Shown in pieces: positions 49,216-61,900 of a stretch of 64,000 nt of DNA. How positions within the stretch are numbered: position 1 is the first letter of the stretch; the number at the start of each line of letters is the position of its first letter. This DNA comes from Mobula hypostoma. Lineage: Eukaryota. Under the pieces are notes generated by a model, which was not told where the DNA came from, made no database searches, and saw only the letters and a list, made by a program, of their open reading frames with translations. Where the stretch lies: positions 68,326,001 through 68,390,000 of the forward strand of contig NC_086108.1 of NCBI RefSeq assembly GCF_963921235.1. The letters run 5' to 3'. The position numbers and the translations under genes were made by a program.

Positions 49216-49526
49216 TTTAGTTGTGTGATGAAGTTTAGCTTGGAGCTGTTGAGCAAATATCTGAAGTGAAGATATTGTGATGTATCAGAAAGGATAAGAA
49301 TTTATATCAGTTGACAGATTTACCCCTTACATTAAAATTTTGAAATTAGTCAGTAGTCAAATGTAAGGGTGTGACTGTGAGTCATCAGGTAGTATTTAAG
49401 CTTTATTTACTATAAAACTCAGTATTTTCATCAGCTAGGGAAAATAAAATGCTTCATATATTTGGTTTATTCCAGACTCCATTTATTTATTTTCTTTAAA
49501 CAAATGACTAAAACTATTCTGATGAG

Positions 49527-49590
49527 CCCATAGATGCTCCCTGGCCTGCTGGGTTCCTCCAGCATTTTGTGTGTGTTGCTTGGATTTTCT
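49527..49590 (+). mobile_element. PLE terminal-repeat tail fragment
   Basis: catagatgctccctggcctgctgggttcctccagcattttgtgtgtgttgct matches 58416-58464. Confidence 0.7.
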
Positions 49591-49611
49591 CGTCTTTCTA
49601 GTAAGATAATG

Positions 49612-49768
49612 TATATTAGATTCTGATTAATCGGGCCATTGGTTTATTGGGACAGCTGTTTATTTGGGACAATTCTTAAAGAACAAAAACTAAATCGAGA
49701 AGATAGCTGTGATTCCCTTAGTTTATTCGGGGCACTGAGCTGCTTAATTGGGGCAGGAGACCGTTACT
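49612..49768. mobile_element. Terminal fragment of the same Tigger-like family as 26152-31257
   Basis: Reverse complement resembles 31125-31255 (cttaaagaacaaaaactaaat). Confidence 0.65.
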
Positions 49769-49879
49769 CTCACTGGTGAGTGGCACAGACAGCAATCCAG
49801 AGATTGCTATCATTGAGGTTCTGCTTTACAGCTTTCTACCTGGCTCTCTAATTTCTTTCTTCAGGACTTCCTCCCTTTT

Positions 49880-51375
49880 CCAATTCTTTGAGGAAGTAAC
49901 AAGTAGAAGAGACAAAGGAGAATCAGTGGATGTTGTGTACTTGGATTTTCAGAAGGCCTTTGACAAGGTGCCACAAATGAGACTGCTTGACATGATAAAA
50001 GCCTGTAATATTACAGAAAATCGGGACCACCTCTTTTCATGTTACATGTCAGTGATTTGGATGACAGAATTGATGGCCTTGCGGTGATTCACGAAAATGA
50101 TTCTGGGTTTGAAAGGCTTATTTTATGAGGGCATTTGATGGCTCTGACCCTGTACTTACTGAATTCAGAAGAATGAGGGGGGATCTCATTGAAACCTATT
50201 GAATGTTGAAAGGCCTCAATAGAAAGGATGTGGAGAGAATATTGTCTATGGTAGTGGAGTCTAAGACCAGTGGACACAGCCTCAGATGAGAGGGATATCC
50301 ATTTAGAACAGAGATGAGGAGGAATTTCTTTAGCCAGAGGCTGGTGAATCCATGGAATCCATTGCCACAGGTGGCTGTGGAGGCCAAGTCATTGGGTATG
50401 TTTAAGGCAGAGTTTGATTAGTCAGGGAATGAAGGGATACAGGGAGAAGACAAAAGATTGAGGCTGAGCGGGAAATGGATCAGCCATGATGAAATGGCAG
50501 AGCTGACTTGATGAGCCAAGTGGCCTAATTCTGTCCTTGCATCTTATAGTCTTACAAAAAATACCAGCATAGATAAAGCATTGGCTGATTGGCAGGGGGC
50601 AAACAGTGGGAATAAAGTGAACCTTTTCTGATTGGCTGTCAGTTGCTAGTGGTGTTCTGCAGGGGTCGGTGTTGGGATTGCTTCTTGCGATGTATTTCGT
50701 TGATTTGGATAATGGAATTGATGACTTTGTGGCCAAGATTGCAAACAATAAGATGGTAGGTGGAGGGGCAGGTAGTGTTGAGGAAGCAGGGAGGCTGTAG
50801 AAGGACTTAGACAGATTAGGAGAATGGGCAAAGAATTAGTAGACGGAATACAGTGTTGGGAAGTATATGGTCATGCACTTTGGTAGAAAGAATAAAAGCA
50901 TAGGAAAGGAAAGGTACATAGCATCCAGAGTTTCTCCGGTTAGCAGACGATTTCCTTCGACGCCTCTCTGATGTAGTGGGGGATCACATACGAGGCAAGT
51001 TACAGCAGTGGTTTGCCATTGCCTTCTGCCGGGTGAGTTTGAACTCGGGACCTTCCGTCCCAAAGTCCAGCACTGATGCCACTAGAAAATTTAAAAATCC
51101 AAAGTGTAAAGATGTCCATTTAGAATGGAGATGAGGAAGAATTTCTTTAGCCAGAGGGTGATGAATCTGTGGAATTTGTTGCCACAGGTAGCTGGGGAGG
51201 CCAGGTCATTGGGTGTATTTAAGGCAGAAGTTGATAGGTTCTTTATTAGTCAGGGTGTGAAAGGTTAGGGGGTAGAAGGCAGGAGAATAGAGTTGAGAGG
51301 GAAATGGATCAGCCATGATGAAATGGCGGAGTAGACTGGATGGGCCGAATCGCCTGTTCTCCAATGGCTTATGGG
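49880..51375 (+). mobile_element. Cluster of nested CR1 fragments
   Basis: FFEEVTS...VYLDFQKAFDKVP; two separate CR1 3' ends at about 50550 and 51375. Confidence 0.85.
50903..51085 (-). mobile_element. tRNA-derived SINE with an RTE-like internal motif
   Basis: Minus strand: tagtggcatcagtgctggact...GAGTTCAAA (B-box-like), then gaaggcaatggcaaaccact, and a tacctttcctttcc tail. Confidence 0.6.
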
Positions 51376-51378
51376 ATT

Positions 51379-52930
51379 GTCGATGTTTCAGGTCAAAACT
51401 CTACCTCAGGACTATGAGTAGAGAGAAAATAGCTAGTATAAAGAGGATAGAAGGAGCAGTTAGATGAGGGCTAATAGTGGTTAGTGGATGGGGGGAGGGG
51501 AAGCAGGTGAAAGATGATGGGCAGATCAAGCCAAATGGGGAGAGGAAGGGGTGGAGATGTTTGACAGAGTCACATGGATAATAGATGCAGGCAGACAAAA
51601 ACAAGGGACAGCTGGATAGAGTCCATGGCCATCTCTACTGCGCAACAGACACAGGTGAAGGAGCAATGTGGAGGAAATATTCCATCTTGGTAGTCCCTAA
51701 CCTAATGGCATCAACTTTGATTTCTCTAACTTCCAGTAACTACTTCCCTTTGTTTTCTTTCTTCCCTTCCTTCCCCTTTTGTTTGCTCTCAGTCATATGG
51801 CCTCCACACCCCTTCCTCGTCCTTACCTCCTTCTGTTTCCCCACCTCCTTCACTTTATTCCACTGGCCTCCCCTATCAGATGGTTTTCTTCCTTAGCCCT
51901 TTGCCACTTTCATTACCTCCTGGCTTCAATCCCTTTCAGCTGCCTTCCTCGATCCATTACTCATCCGTTCCCCCCCTCACCTTGACTCACCTATTAACTG
52001 CCAATTTGTAATGCTTCCACTACCTTTTTATTCTGGTATCTGTCATTCTAGTTTCCAGTCTTGATGAAGGGTCTTAGCATGAAATGTCAACTGTTCATTA
52101 CACTTCCTAGTTTCTGCCTGACTTGCTGAGTTCCTTCTGCAATTTGTGGGTATTGAAGCAGGTGGAGCCAGATGCGAGAAGGAGAGAATGAAGGTAGAAA
52201 CTGTTCGGAGGATGATAAGACAGAACATGAAAATTACCAGTGCTGGAATCTGATGAGTAATGAAAATGATAATGGGAACTATTAGAAAAGGGATGAAGAA
52301 CGATGGAACCAGAACCATCTGTGTGAGAAATCTGCAGGAAATGCATCCATGGAACTGGGAGATAGGGACAAGGACATGTAAGGTGGGGCTGGAGGAAGGT
52401 TATGGGGAAAGTGGACAAAAATGGGATGACTGGAGTTGGATTGGAAAGAAAGGATGGAGGGAACACGCCGGAGGTGTGGGTTACCCGAAGTTGTAGGAAT
52501 TGTAAGATTTTGAAGTTGTAGGATTGGGCTGTAGACTACCCAAATATGAGTTGTTATTTCTTCAGTTTTATTTGGGCCTCAGCCTGTCAGTGGAGAAGGC
52601 CGAGGATTAACAAGTCAGTGTGAGAATGGGAAAAAGAATTGAAATACATGCAACTGGAAGCTTAGGATGACCAGTGCAGGTACAATGTAATTTGTTTGGC
52701 AAGTCTACAATTGGTCTTGTTGATATGGAGGAGGCCATGTTGGAAGCGTAGAATGCATTAATAAGGTTGTAACAGGTGCAAGTGAATCTTAGCCTCACCT
52801 GAAAAGACTATTAAGGACACTGGAAGGTGATTATGGAGGAGGTGTAAGAACAAGTGTTCCACTTCCTGTGATTGCAGGGTTAAGGCAGGGAGTGGTGAAT
52901 GGGAAGGGATGAGCAGACCAGAGAATGGTA
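51379..52930. mobile_element. Cluster of decayed PLE 3' ends in both orientations, with decayed hammerheads at 51379-51413 (-) and 52057-52093 (+)
   Basis: agtc-ttgatga-agggtcttagcat-gaaatgtc-aactg; 52500-52900 resembles 43740-44150. Confidence 0.75.
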
Positions 52931-52989
52931 CTGTGGAATCTCTTCGTCTCTGAGATAACTGCTACTTGAATGCAGGAAAACAAAGATTT

Positions 52990-53700
52990 CCTGAAGAATT
53001 AACTGTATATGACAGGACTTGTACAGTAAATGGCAGGAATCTTCGATGTACAGAAAGATCTAGGAGTGCAAGTCCATAACTCCCTGAAAGTGACAACATA
53101 CTGTAAGTAGATAGGTTAGTAAAGAAAACATTCAGCGTACTTGCCTTCACTAGTCAAGATGTTGAGTATACACATCAGGAGGTCATACTGAAGCTGTATA
53201 AAGCTTTAGTTTGGCCTCCTTTGAAGTATTGTGTATAGTTTTGGTAGCCACATTACAGGAATGAGAAGGAGGTTTTGAAAAGGGTGCTGAAGTTTATCGC
53301 CAGAATGTTGCCTAGATTAGATATTAGCTATAAGGAAGGGTTGGACAAACTTCAGTTGTTTTCTATGGAGGCTGAGGGGGCAACCTGATTCTCCCCCTGC
53401 CCCTCAAGGCATAGAAAGGGTAGATGGTCAGTCTTTCTCTTGGCTGGAAATGTCAAATACTAGTGGGCATGTCTTTGAGGGGGGATGTTTAAAGGGGAGG
53501 CTTTCTTTTTTTACTCAGACAAGTAAATGCCTGGAGCACGCTGCCAGTGGGCCAGTGGAAGTAGATACAATACCAGCATTTAAGAGGCATTTAGCAGTCA
53601 CATGAACATGCAGGGGATGGAGGGAGATATATTCAGGCAGATGGAATTAGACATCATGGTTAGCACAGACGTTGTAGGTCAAAGGATCTGTGCCTGTGAC
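52990..53700 (+). mobile_element. Decayed CR1 3' part
   Basis: gatctaggagtgcaagtccataactccctgaaagtg and tattgtgtatagttttggtagccacattacagga. Confidence 0.8.
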
Positions 53701-54049
53701 AACTGCCTTAAGCTCTATGAGGCCATAAAGTGGGAGGAGTTTAAAGAATGGAACAGAGAGAACTGTGAAAGGGATTGGTTCCTGTCTGCAGTATGATCAG
53801 GGACACAGTCAATGCCTTGTGCCAGGCTTAAGTATGTATTCTCAGAACTGAAAAAGAACATGAAGTGGGAGGGAAGAAACGTAGTCCGTAAAGAAACTTG
53901 TGATGAAAATTGAACTAAAAATGAAAGAATCTGACGATCTGTGGACCAAATAACAAAGCAGAATCTCAAAGCTTTGTCTGCATTAGTAGGGACATAATGC
54001 TCAATTATTTAGAACACTGGTGAAATGACATCTGCATTTAATAATTACA

Positions 54050-54180
54050 AGCACAAGAGATTCCGCAGATGCTAGAAGTCCAGAGTAACACACACAAAAT
54101 GCTGGAGGACCTCGGCAGATCTGGCAGGAATATGGCAAGGAATAAAGAGTCGACATTTAGACTGAGACCCTTCCATCAGT
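54050..54180 (-). mobile_element. PLE terminal-repeat fragment with decayed hammerhead (54148-54180)
   Basis: gcagatgctag...cacacacaaaatgctggagg...agtcgacatttagactgagacccttccatcag. Confidence 0.75.
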
Positions 54181-55349
54181 TTGCAAGCATCCAGATTGAG
54201 ATTTTCCTGTATTGACTGTAACTGCTTCGGATACATGTCTTTGATGTGCAAAATTATTTTTCCCTATAACAAATAGTGCGGCATTGGTGCACGTAGGAAT
54301 ACACCGTACTTGAATTTCCGAAAGTATTTCACCTCGCCTTTTGTTTTGCAAAATTTCACTTGATACAATGTTAACCAGAATGGTATGCCTTCCAGAGACT
54401 CCCTATCTAGCAGGATATACATGATTTTAAAATGCAGCAAAATTTCACCAATTGATTCCGACAATGGTAGGATTAAGCACACAGAGCCTATACTCTCTTG
54501 AGTTTAGAAGAAAAGTGATCTCATTGAACATTCTTATAACAGTTGACAGGTGGATGCAAAGCCAATGTCTTCCCTAGCTGGGGGGTCACTATAATTGCGG
54601 ATCACAGCCTCAAAATAAGTGTTTAGCCATTCAGAAGTGAAAAGAAATTTATCTACCCAGAGGGTAGTGATTTTTTTTTTGCCATTCTCTACCCAGGAGT
54701 GCTGTGGAGACTCCACTGCAGTGTATTGCAGGATAGATGTAAACAATTCTTTGATGTTATGAGATGTTTCTGATTCTTGTTATCCAAGTTATACAGAAAA
54801 TAGAATGGGAATATTCGGTTCAGAGAGTTAAACATATGATCAAAAACTGGTGGTGGAGATACAGTAGGTGTGAGGTGTCACAGAATGTAAACATCTAAAC
54901 CTGTAGAATGAGCTTTAAGTTAAAAGAGAGGCCATGGCTGGGGTAGGTTCTGGATAAGTGGACACTTAATAAAAGAAATATCATGGTAAAATCATAGTGC
55001 TGTGATAGATTTAGGGAAAAACGATCAGATTATTTTAGGATGGACAAAGAATTTAGTAATAACAATGTGTCAGCATAAACGATCGAAGCAGAGAAAAATG
55101 GTAAAAGGTCAGAGACGGAAGTACTTTATCTCAATGCAATTAGTATTCATGTCAAGATTGTAGAATTAGTGGCACGCATTGTGAAAAATGAATTCGAATT
55201 ACTAGCCCAAAGGATGAGTTCAAAACAGCTTCTTAGAACAATAAAAAAAAAGTGGAATCAGTCAATGAATAATTGCTACCATCAACTAGGAAGCATGGAA
55301 GCCTGAAGTCCCACACCACCCGGTTCAGGTTCAGGAATAACTATTTTCC

Positions 55350-55688
55350 CAGGTGAGCTAGCACATCAAAATGTCCGTAGGGAAATGCTGCAGACTGGCA
55401 TGTTCCAGGCTGCAGGAGCATGTGCTGAGGCTTAGTGGGGAAGGGCCATAATATCGGGTTCTTCTGCTACTGGACAGAGGAGCCAGGCTGAGTAGGGAAG
55501 ACCCTCATTTATTGTAGTAGTGTATCACCCCTGGGGGCCACATGAGTAACAACAGCCCTCTTGGGTTTTAAGGAATGTGATAGAACACAACTTAAAGACT
55601 TGACTATAAATGTGTGAATGAAAAGACATTGCAGTTTATTCTTATAAATATTTTTATTATGAATGAAGTTCATTTAGATATAAAAAGA
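55350..55688 (+). mobile_element. Short Tx1/L1-like 3' end inserted in a Rex remnant
   Basis: 11-bp TSD aactattttcc (55339-49, 55689-99); A-rich end; encodes MSVGKCCRLACSRLQEHVLR, reminiscent of Tx1-type ORF2 C-termini. Confidence 0.6.
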
Positions 55689-58248
55689 AACTATTTTCCT
55701 ACAACCATCAAGTTCTTGAAACAAACTGCACATCCTTAATTTATTTCTGATTGTGATTTTTTTTTGTCGCCATTGAGTATTGGGAGCAGATTTTTTGAGT
55801 AAAATCAAAAGATGACCAAAATACTGGTTTTTAAAAAGCGAAGTAATGAATACAAAACTAAGCTTGCAATATTTTTTTCAGAGTGTTGTTACTGCAAATA
55901 CCATAAAATGACATTGGTTCACAACAGCCAGATTGATTAGGGATAGACAATGAATGCAGGAATGGGTGAACAAGTATAAATAGTAGCAGTAGTGCTATCA
56001 TTAGTCTGTCGGAGAACCAGTAGAGTTTTCATTGTACAAGAATATGTATTTTCTAAGAGAGGACAACATGGCTTTTAATGAGGACTGATATTTGGAGGCT
56101 GAACCTCTTGAAAGCTGAATATTTACACAAGGAACCCGATCTTCCATGTTTTCCCCTTCTAATGCTGAGACAAACATGGCCTAAGAATAGACTGAAGAAG
56201 TCCTCTTAAATTAATCAGTTATATAACTGTCCACTTGTCAGGTGCACCTACACCCTTCCTCACTTCTGAGAGGCTTTGAGTTGGATTTACATTTGGCTGA
56301 AAACCAGTTGATCACTTTTAGACCTCCAGTACTTGTTTTAGCTTTATACCTTCCCTGTAATATCAGAATGTAAGGGCTGTGGGTCTGCATTTCCAGAGGA
56401 CGTACTCTGAAGAACTTGTGTTAGTTGGTTTTCATGATTAAAGAACAATAAAGCTAAAACTATTGGGCACTTTCTTCCCAATAGGTTTGCTTGCTTTGCT
56501 GAGCATGAAATAGGAAATGAAACACAGGTGCAGCCATCAAGATACCAGTATAAAGTCTGTTTTTGAGGGGTTTCATAATACTCTTGCACATGAAAGCTCT
56601 AGTGATTCGCTAATAGACTGAAAATGACACAGCCACTACTGTTTATTATACTGTAATAAGCACTGCTAAGCAGTACCACAGATGGTGGCACATCAATAAG
56701 TCAGTATTGATTGGATATATTTGCCTTAGGACAGCACCATTTTAAGTTGTTTTTAAATTTCTTTACAGTCTCCAGTTCAAGCAAAAATGAAAAGCTGTGA
56801 TTGAATTCTAAGAAATAATTAATTCCAATAGCAATTTAAAAAAATTTTTTTATTTTCTCTCTCATTAATGGCTTACAAATCTCTTGTATTTGTTTTATGG
56901 TTTGTGCCTTTCTCCAAAACAATTTTATATAGACAGTGTACTCATTTAAAGACCAGTCTTGTCTATATAAGAAACAACCATAAATTTAATAAATTGTACA
57001 AATATGCTGCATTAATATTCCTTAACCAATGACTGAATTGTTCTGTTACTTATTCCTCAGAGTACAAATGTTGAAATTATAATATGAAATTGCCACCCTA
57101 TTACAAGAATTTATAACCCATAGATGTGCAGTCTCTGTGGAGCAGTCAGAAAATAAATTCTGTTTTGCAATTCTGGGTGCAAGTAAAATTCTTTATGCCA
57201 CAAAATGATCAATATGTTTCATTAACTTGGGAAAAGTTAATGAAACCTGAATTGTAACCGGTATTGTATTAGGGCAACAGTGCCTTCTCAAGAATCGCAA
57301 TGTTTCTAAGTTCTGCTCTAGCAACCTGGTTGACCTCAGAATATCTTCATGTACATTGAATATAAAACGGTGAATTTGTCTGCCTGCCTCTCACCATTAT
57401 CTGCTTAACTGGGGCATTGGAACCAAATTGTATTGTTATTGGTGATGTGAGTGCGTGGATTTCCTGTTTGAGGCTATTTAAGGAGGCTGACAAAAATGCA
57501 CAAAACTGGTGATCCCTGTTACAGGGGAGCAGGTAGTGTTCCATAATGGACATCCATGTTACCTGCGCTTGCATTGAGAAATGCAAGTAGAAGAAATATA
57601 AATTAAATGTTTATTTAATTACTGTTTTTCAGATAAATTTCTTGAGAGTAAATTTTTATTACTATACCAGAATTTTTTTGGAAGTAATTTGTGAATTCCA
57701 TAAGGGCAAATTCCTGTTTCCCAAACTGCAATAACTCAGGCTTGTCTGTACCCTCAAGGGCAAGTTATCAGAAGCTTGCTCATTGTAGGAAGATATACCT
57801 TGCTAGGTTATTCTCAGAATTAGTCAATTACAGTTAATTTGTGTTTTTTATTGCTCCAGCATTTCACTTTGTGAATTGTTTTTGAGTGAAGAGAAACAGA
57901 ATATTCAAGAAAGTTGTCTATTAAATATGATACTTAGTGCATGATGATTGTTCAAGTAGAGAAATAAGATCCTTGCAGACCTAGATACAGTCTCCACAAA
58001 AATACTACTTTTGAGTTAATTTGGCAAAATAAACATAATTATTCTGAATTCTGAACTGAGAATAAATTAAAGCTTAATTTAGATTTTCTTTAGCTACCTT
58101 TTGAGAGTTACAGACTTGACTGGAGTAAAAAAAATTTGTACCTTAAATGCCCTCTCTTACCTATAATTGAATGGCGAGTGCTGAAAGATAGAATAAACGC
58201 ACAAAATGCTGGAAACGCTCAGGTCAGGAACAAGAAACAGAGTTAATG

Positions 58249-58464
58249 ACAAACATAAGAAAATCTGCAGATGCTGGAAATCCAAAGCAACACACACAAA
58301 ATGCTGGAGGAACTCCAGGCAGCATCTATGGAAAAGAGTGAACAGTCAACTTTTCAGGCTGAGACCCTTCTTGGATTTGGGTCTCAGCCCGAAATGTCGA
58401 CTATTTACTATTTTCCATAGATGCTGCCTGGCCTGCTGAGTTCCTCCAGTATTTTGTGTTTGTT
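58249..58464. mobile_element. 216-bp fold-back element made of two inverted PLE termini
   Basis: 15-bp TSD gaaacagagttaatg (58234-48, 58465-79); the arms meet at ggctgagaccc-ttcttggattt-gggtctcagcc. Confidence 0.85.
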
Positions 58465-58519
58465 GAAACAGAGTTAATGTTTTATGTTAATGGCTTTTCT
58501 CCAGAACTGAGGAAAAATT

Positions 58520-58980
58520 AGATAACAATCACAAAGGAGAGGGGTGTACTGTCTTGTGCAGTGTTGTGAAACTTTGAATGTGAAGGCAGTAGAAGGAAGA
58601 TTTCTTGAGACTGGGAGATAATGGTCTGATGTTCAGTGGTGGGTCCTATTATAGAGGAGTTGTCAGAAAGCTGATAATCTTTACCACAGAGCTTCTTTTG
58701 CCAAACAATAACAGCACTGTTCTTCTCAGGAGGTTTGATAAGAGTGTTCTGTTGGTCCTTTAATGCATGGAATGCTGTTGGTTCAGAGGGAGAAAGGTTA
58801 GGCTGAGTAAGGTCTGTGGAAAAAGCTGAAGTAATTATTGTCATAATGACAGTTGGTAATTACGTGATCTAGAGAGTGTAAAAGGCCAGGGAGACTGGTT
58901 CAAAGAAATAGGAATTCTGAAGACAGGAGAAACATCCGCAGTTTGTGGGTGAAGACTGCTGACCAAAGAAATGGGCTTGA
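58520..58980 (-). mobile_element. Old PLE N-terminal/RT-proximal remnant
   Basis: NLSPSEPTAFHALKDQQNTLIKPPEKNSAVIVW resembles the PLE NL...IKPADKG.AVV motif. Confidence 0.6.
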
Positions 58981-61900
58981 AAGATCATTTTATAAAGTGG
59001 TTTATGATATTAGCTGATTTTACTGTTTTTCACACATTTCTAAATGAATTGTGTTTAATTATGGGATCAACATCATCAATGAATTATTAAAAAGCCTCTT
59101 CTCATGATTTTCAAGTTTTTTGTTAAGATGTTGGTGTCACATCTGACAAATAAGTTTATGAATTCTTAATTTTAAATAGTAATTTTTTTCTCCTTTATCA
59201 ATATACACCTAAATTCATGTAATTGAAAAGAAGTATACTTTAAAAGATGTAGCAAAATATAAAAATCTTTGGTTTGTGCACACTGCTCACCTTGTGGTAA
59301 TTCAGAGAACTGTAACTGGAGAGGAATATTTGCTCAACAGCCATGTTGGAGTAACATAATCTGACTGAGCAATACGTCTAACACCGTCTTAATGTGAATT
59401 AGATAAGGGGAGAATTTGTACTGCTGTCTGTTAGGTTAGTGCAGAGTAAGACCAAAGAAGAAATAACCAAAACATCGCATAGTATAATCTCTTGAAAACA
59501 AGAAAGACTCTTGTGTAAATGTTTTAGTTAAATGTGCTTCAAAAGAAATCTTCTGATTGTGTAAAACTGAACTGTCAGTGAAATGTTTGAAATTGGCAGG
59601 ACGCTAAATGCTGCTTTATTGAGTAAGGAGGTATGGTATGCTTGTTTTTTGATAAATGTTTCCACATTTAGAGCATAGCTATTTTGAAATAAACAAAATA
59701 GTTTAAGTGGGTAATGTATTTAAAAAGTCATACATTAATGTGATGCGTAAAATCTTTATTCAGTAGATTCATTTATGGTCTATTTTGAAGCCTGAAGAAT
59801 GATTGAGTTTATTGCGTCAAAATGCAGAGGAACAGATGCTGATGAAAGCTAAAGTGGTTGGAATGTGGTCTATCATGAGCTTGACAGCTAATGATCCTAA
59901 GGTACCCATAACCTTAGGAATGAGCTGCTTGTTAATCAGAGACTATTAGGAGATTTTGGTGAATGTAGATAACTGTCATGAAGGCCTCTAAGTTTATCAT
60001 TACCTGATCATTTTTCATAGAAGGTGGTCTGCATCAACTTAATAAGTGGAAGTGATTGTTCTTTAAATTCAGGGAAAAGGTTTTAATGGCAAATCTATAT
60101 TCCACCGCCTAAGGCAGGGTACCAAGACAAAGTTTTCGTTTGACACAAATTGAAACTACCTTATATCATTTATACTGTTGCCAAAGCATGTTTGGGTTTC
60201 ACTTCTGGAAACATTTCATTGGCTTGACTACTTCAAATATGGCATTCTAGTGTGGTTTGCAAGCCAAACTCACACAGGGTCATAAATTTATCAGGGCTTA
60301 TTTCTTAATTAATGGGCTGAAAATGTATCTTTTAGATTTCATAAAGGTATGCTATGCTACGTTTTTTTCTCAGAAGTGGATTTCTGTTTATAAGTTATGT
60401 TCGTTCAACTGTTTGTATTAAGAGAAGTTAAATGTCTGGTCTATTTTACTCTTATAAATATTGCCTTAAAATCTGCAGCTACTGCTTCACATCATTTTTA
60501 CGTGAGTTTTATTGAGGATTTTTGTTAACCATTGATGGCTAGTGTTTTGAAGGACCTATGTATAATCCACATGGTTAAAAGCCAATTTAACTTGAAACAA
60601 TAGCACTTGAAAAAAAAATAGAATAAAAATTTGTTTCAAGTTAAACACAATGCCAGTGTATCCTTATTGGAATAGTTCTGAGAAAGTAACATGTCGGAGC
60701 ATTTTCATTTTGGATAATAAACAATACAAAATAATCGTTTCAGGGGAAGAAATCGATTGAAGGCACAGATTCCTAAAATAAATGTCAGTATCTGTGTAAT
60801 TTTTATATATAATACACACATACACACACAAAATAGTCTGCAAGCTGAAGATTTTGCATTAATTATGCACATCTTGAGAAGCAACTGTCAGAATAGATAA
60901 GATGGAAGAATTTTAAAAGCTCGGTTTGCCTGACAATGGATATGAGATGCAGGCATAGAAGCATGGTCGAAATATGACATCTTGACTTCTGCAGATTGCA
61001 AATTATTGATGTGACTTGCAAATTTATAGTAAGCAAAATTTGGTATTTGTGTGTGTGTTGGGTTTCTTAATTCTGGCCTAATTACCAGGGACATGTTGCA
61101 GTTCAAAAGCTTTTCTCTGTTATGGATAGAGGTCACTGCATCATTAACATCGTCAATCTTGTAAAAGCTAATTTCAATAGGAGCTGATGTCATGACAGCC
61201 TTTTATTTTTCTAGCCAATCGGATATGAACAGTCGTGACAGATGGTCCCATAAATGGGAGTAAAAGGGTAAAGCAGCCACCCAATTCTCTGTACTGGTTT
61301 GTTGTCTCCGGCAACTTCAATTCATTATTGCTTTATGATTTTATTTTGTGTAAATACTTCCACTGTTTCTTTTGGATCTTAACAAAGGAATTGCAATATC
61401 AAGAGTCTTCTGAAGATTTCAAGTTCAAAAAGACCTAATCCTTTGCAGTGAGAATGGTTATGGTAGGTACTAGGGCTTGGTTTAATTTTATTCTGCTTGG
61501 AAATATACCAGAATGGTTCATTTTATTGTGTATTTCATTATTTATGCAGTGATGAATATCTATTTGTAAGAAAATAACTAAATCTAAAAATCGTTTTTAA
61601 CATCAGGCTTGTGAGTGAGGGGCCGAAAGTACCCTAAAATGGTTAACAATGATTAAAGAATGTGATTTATGTGAGCACCCGTACAACTGCACATTGTATT
61701 TCAAAGAGTTTGCCATCGTGACCTCATCGGGGAGGAGGAGGCTTCTCTGCTGTTCTGTGTAGTATATGTTGAATTGTTGTCACTTGATTATATGAATGTT
61801 GTAGAGAGGGCATGCCTGCTTCTACGTAACGCCCTTTTGGTTTTGATTCACTGAAGACCAGAAATTTCTTGCTAATCAAAAATGGAGTGGGGTGGTTTAA

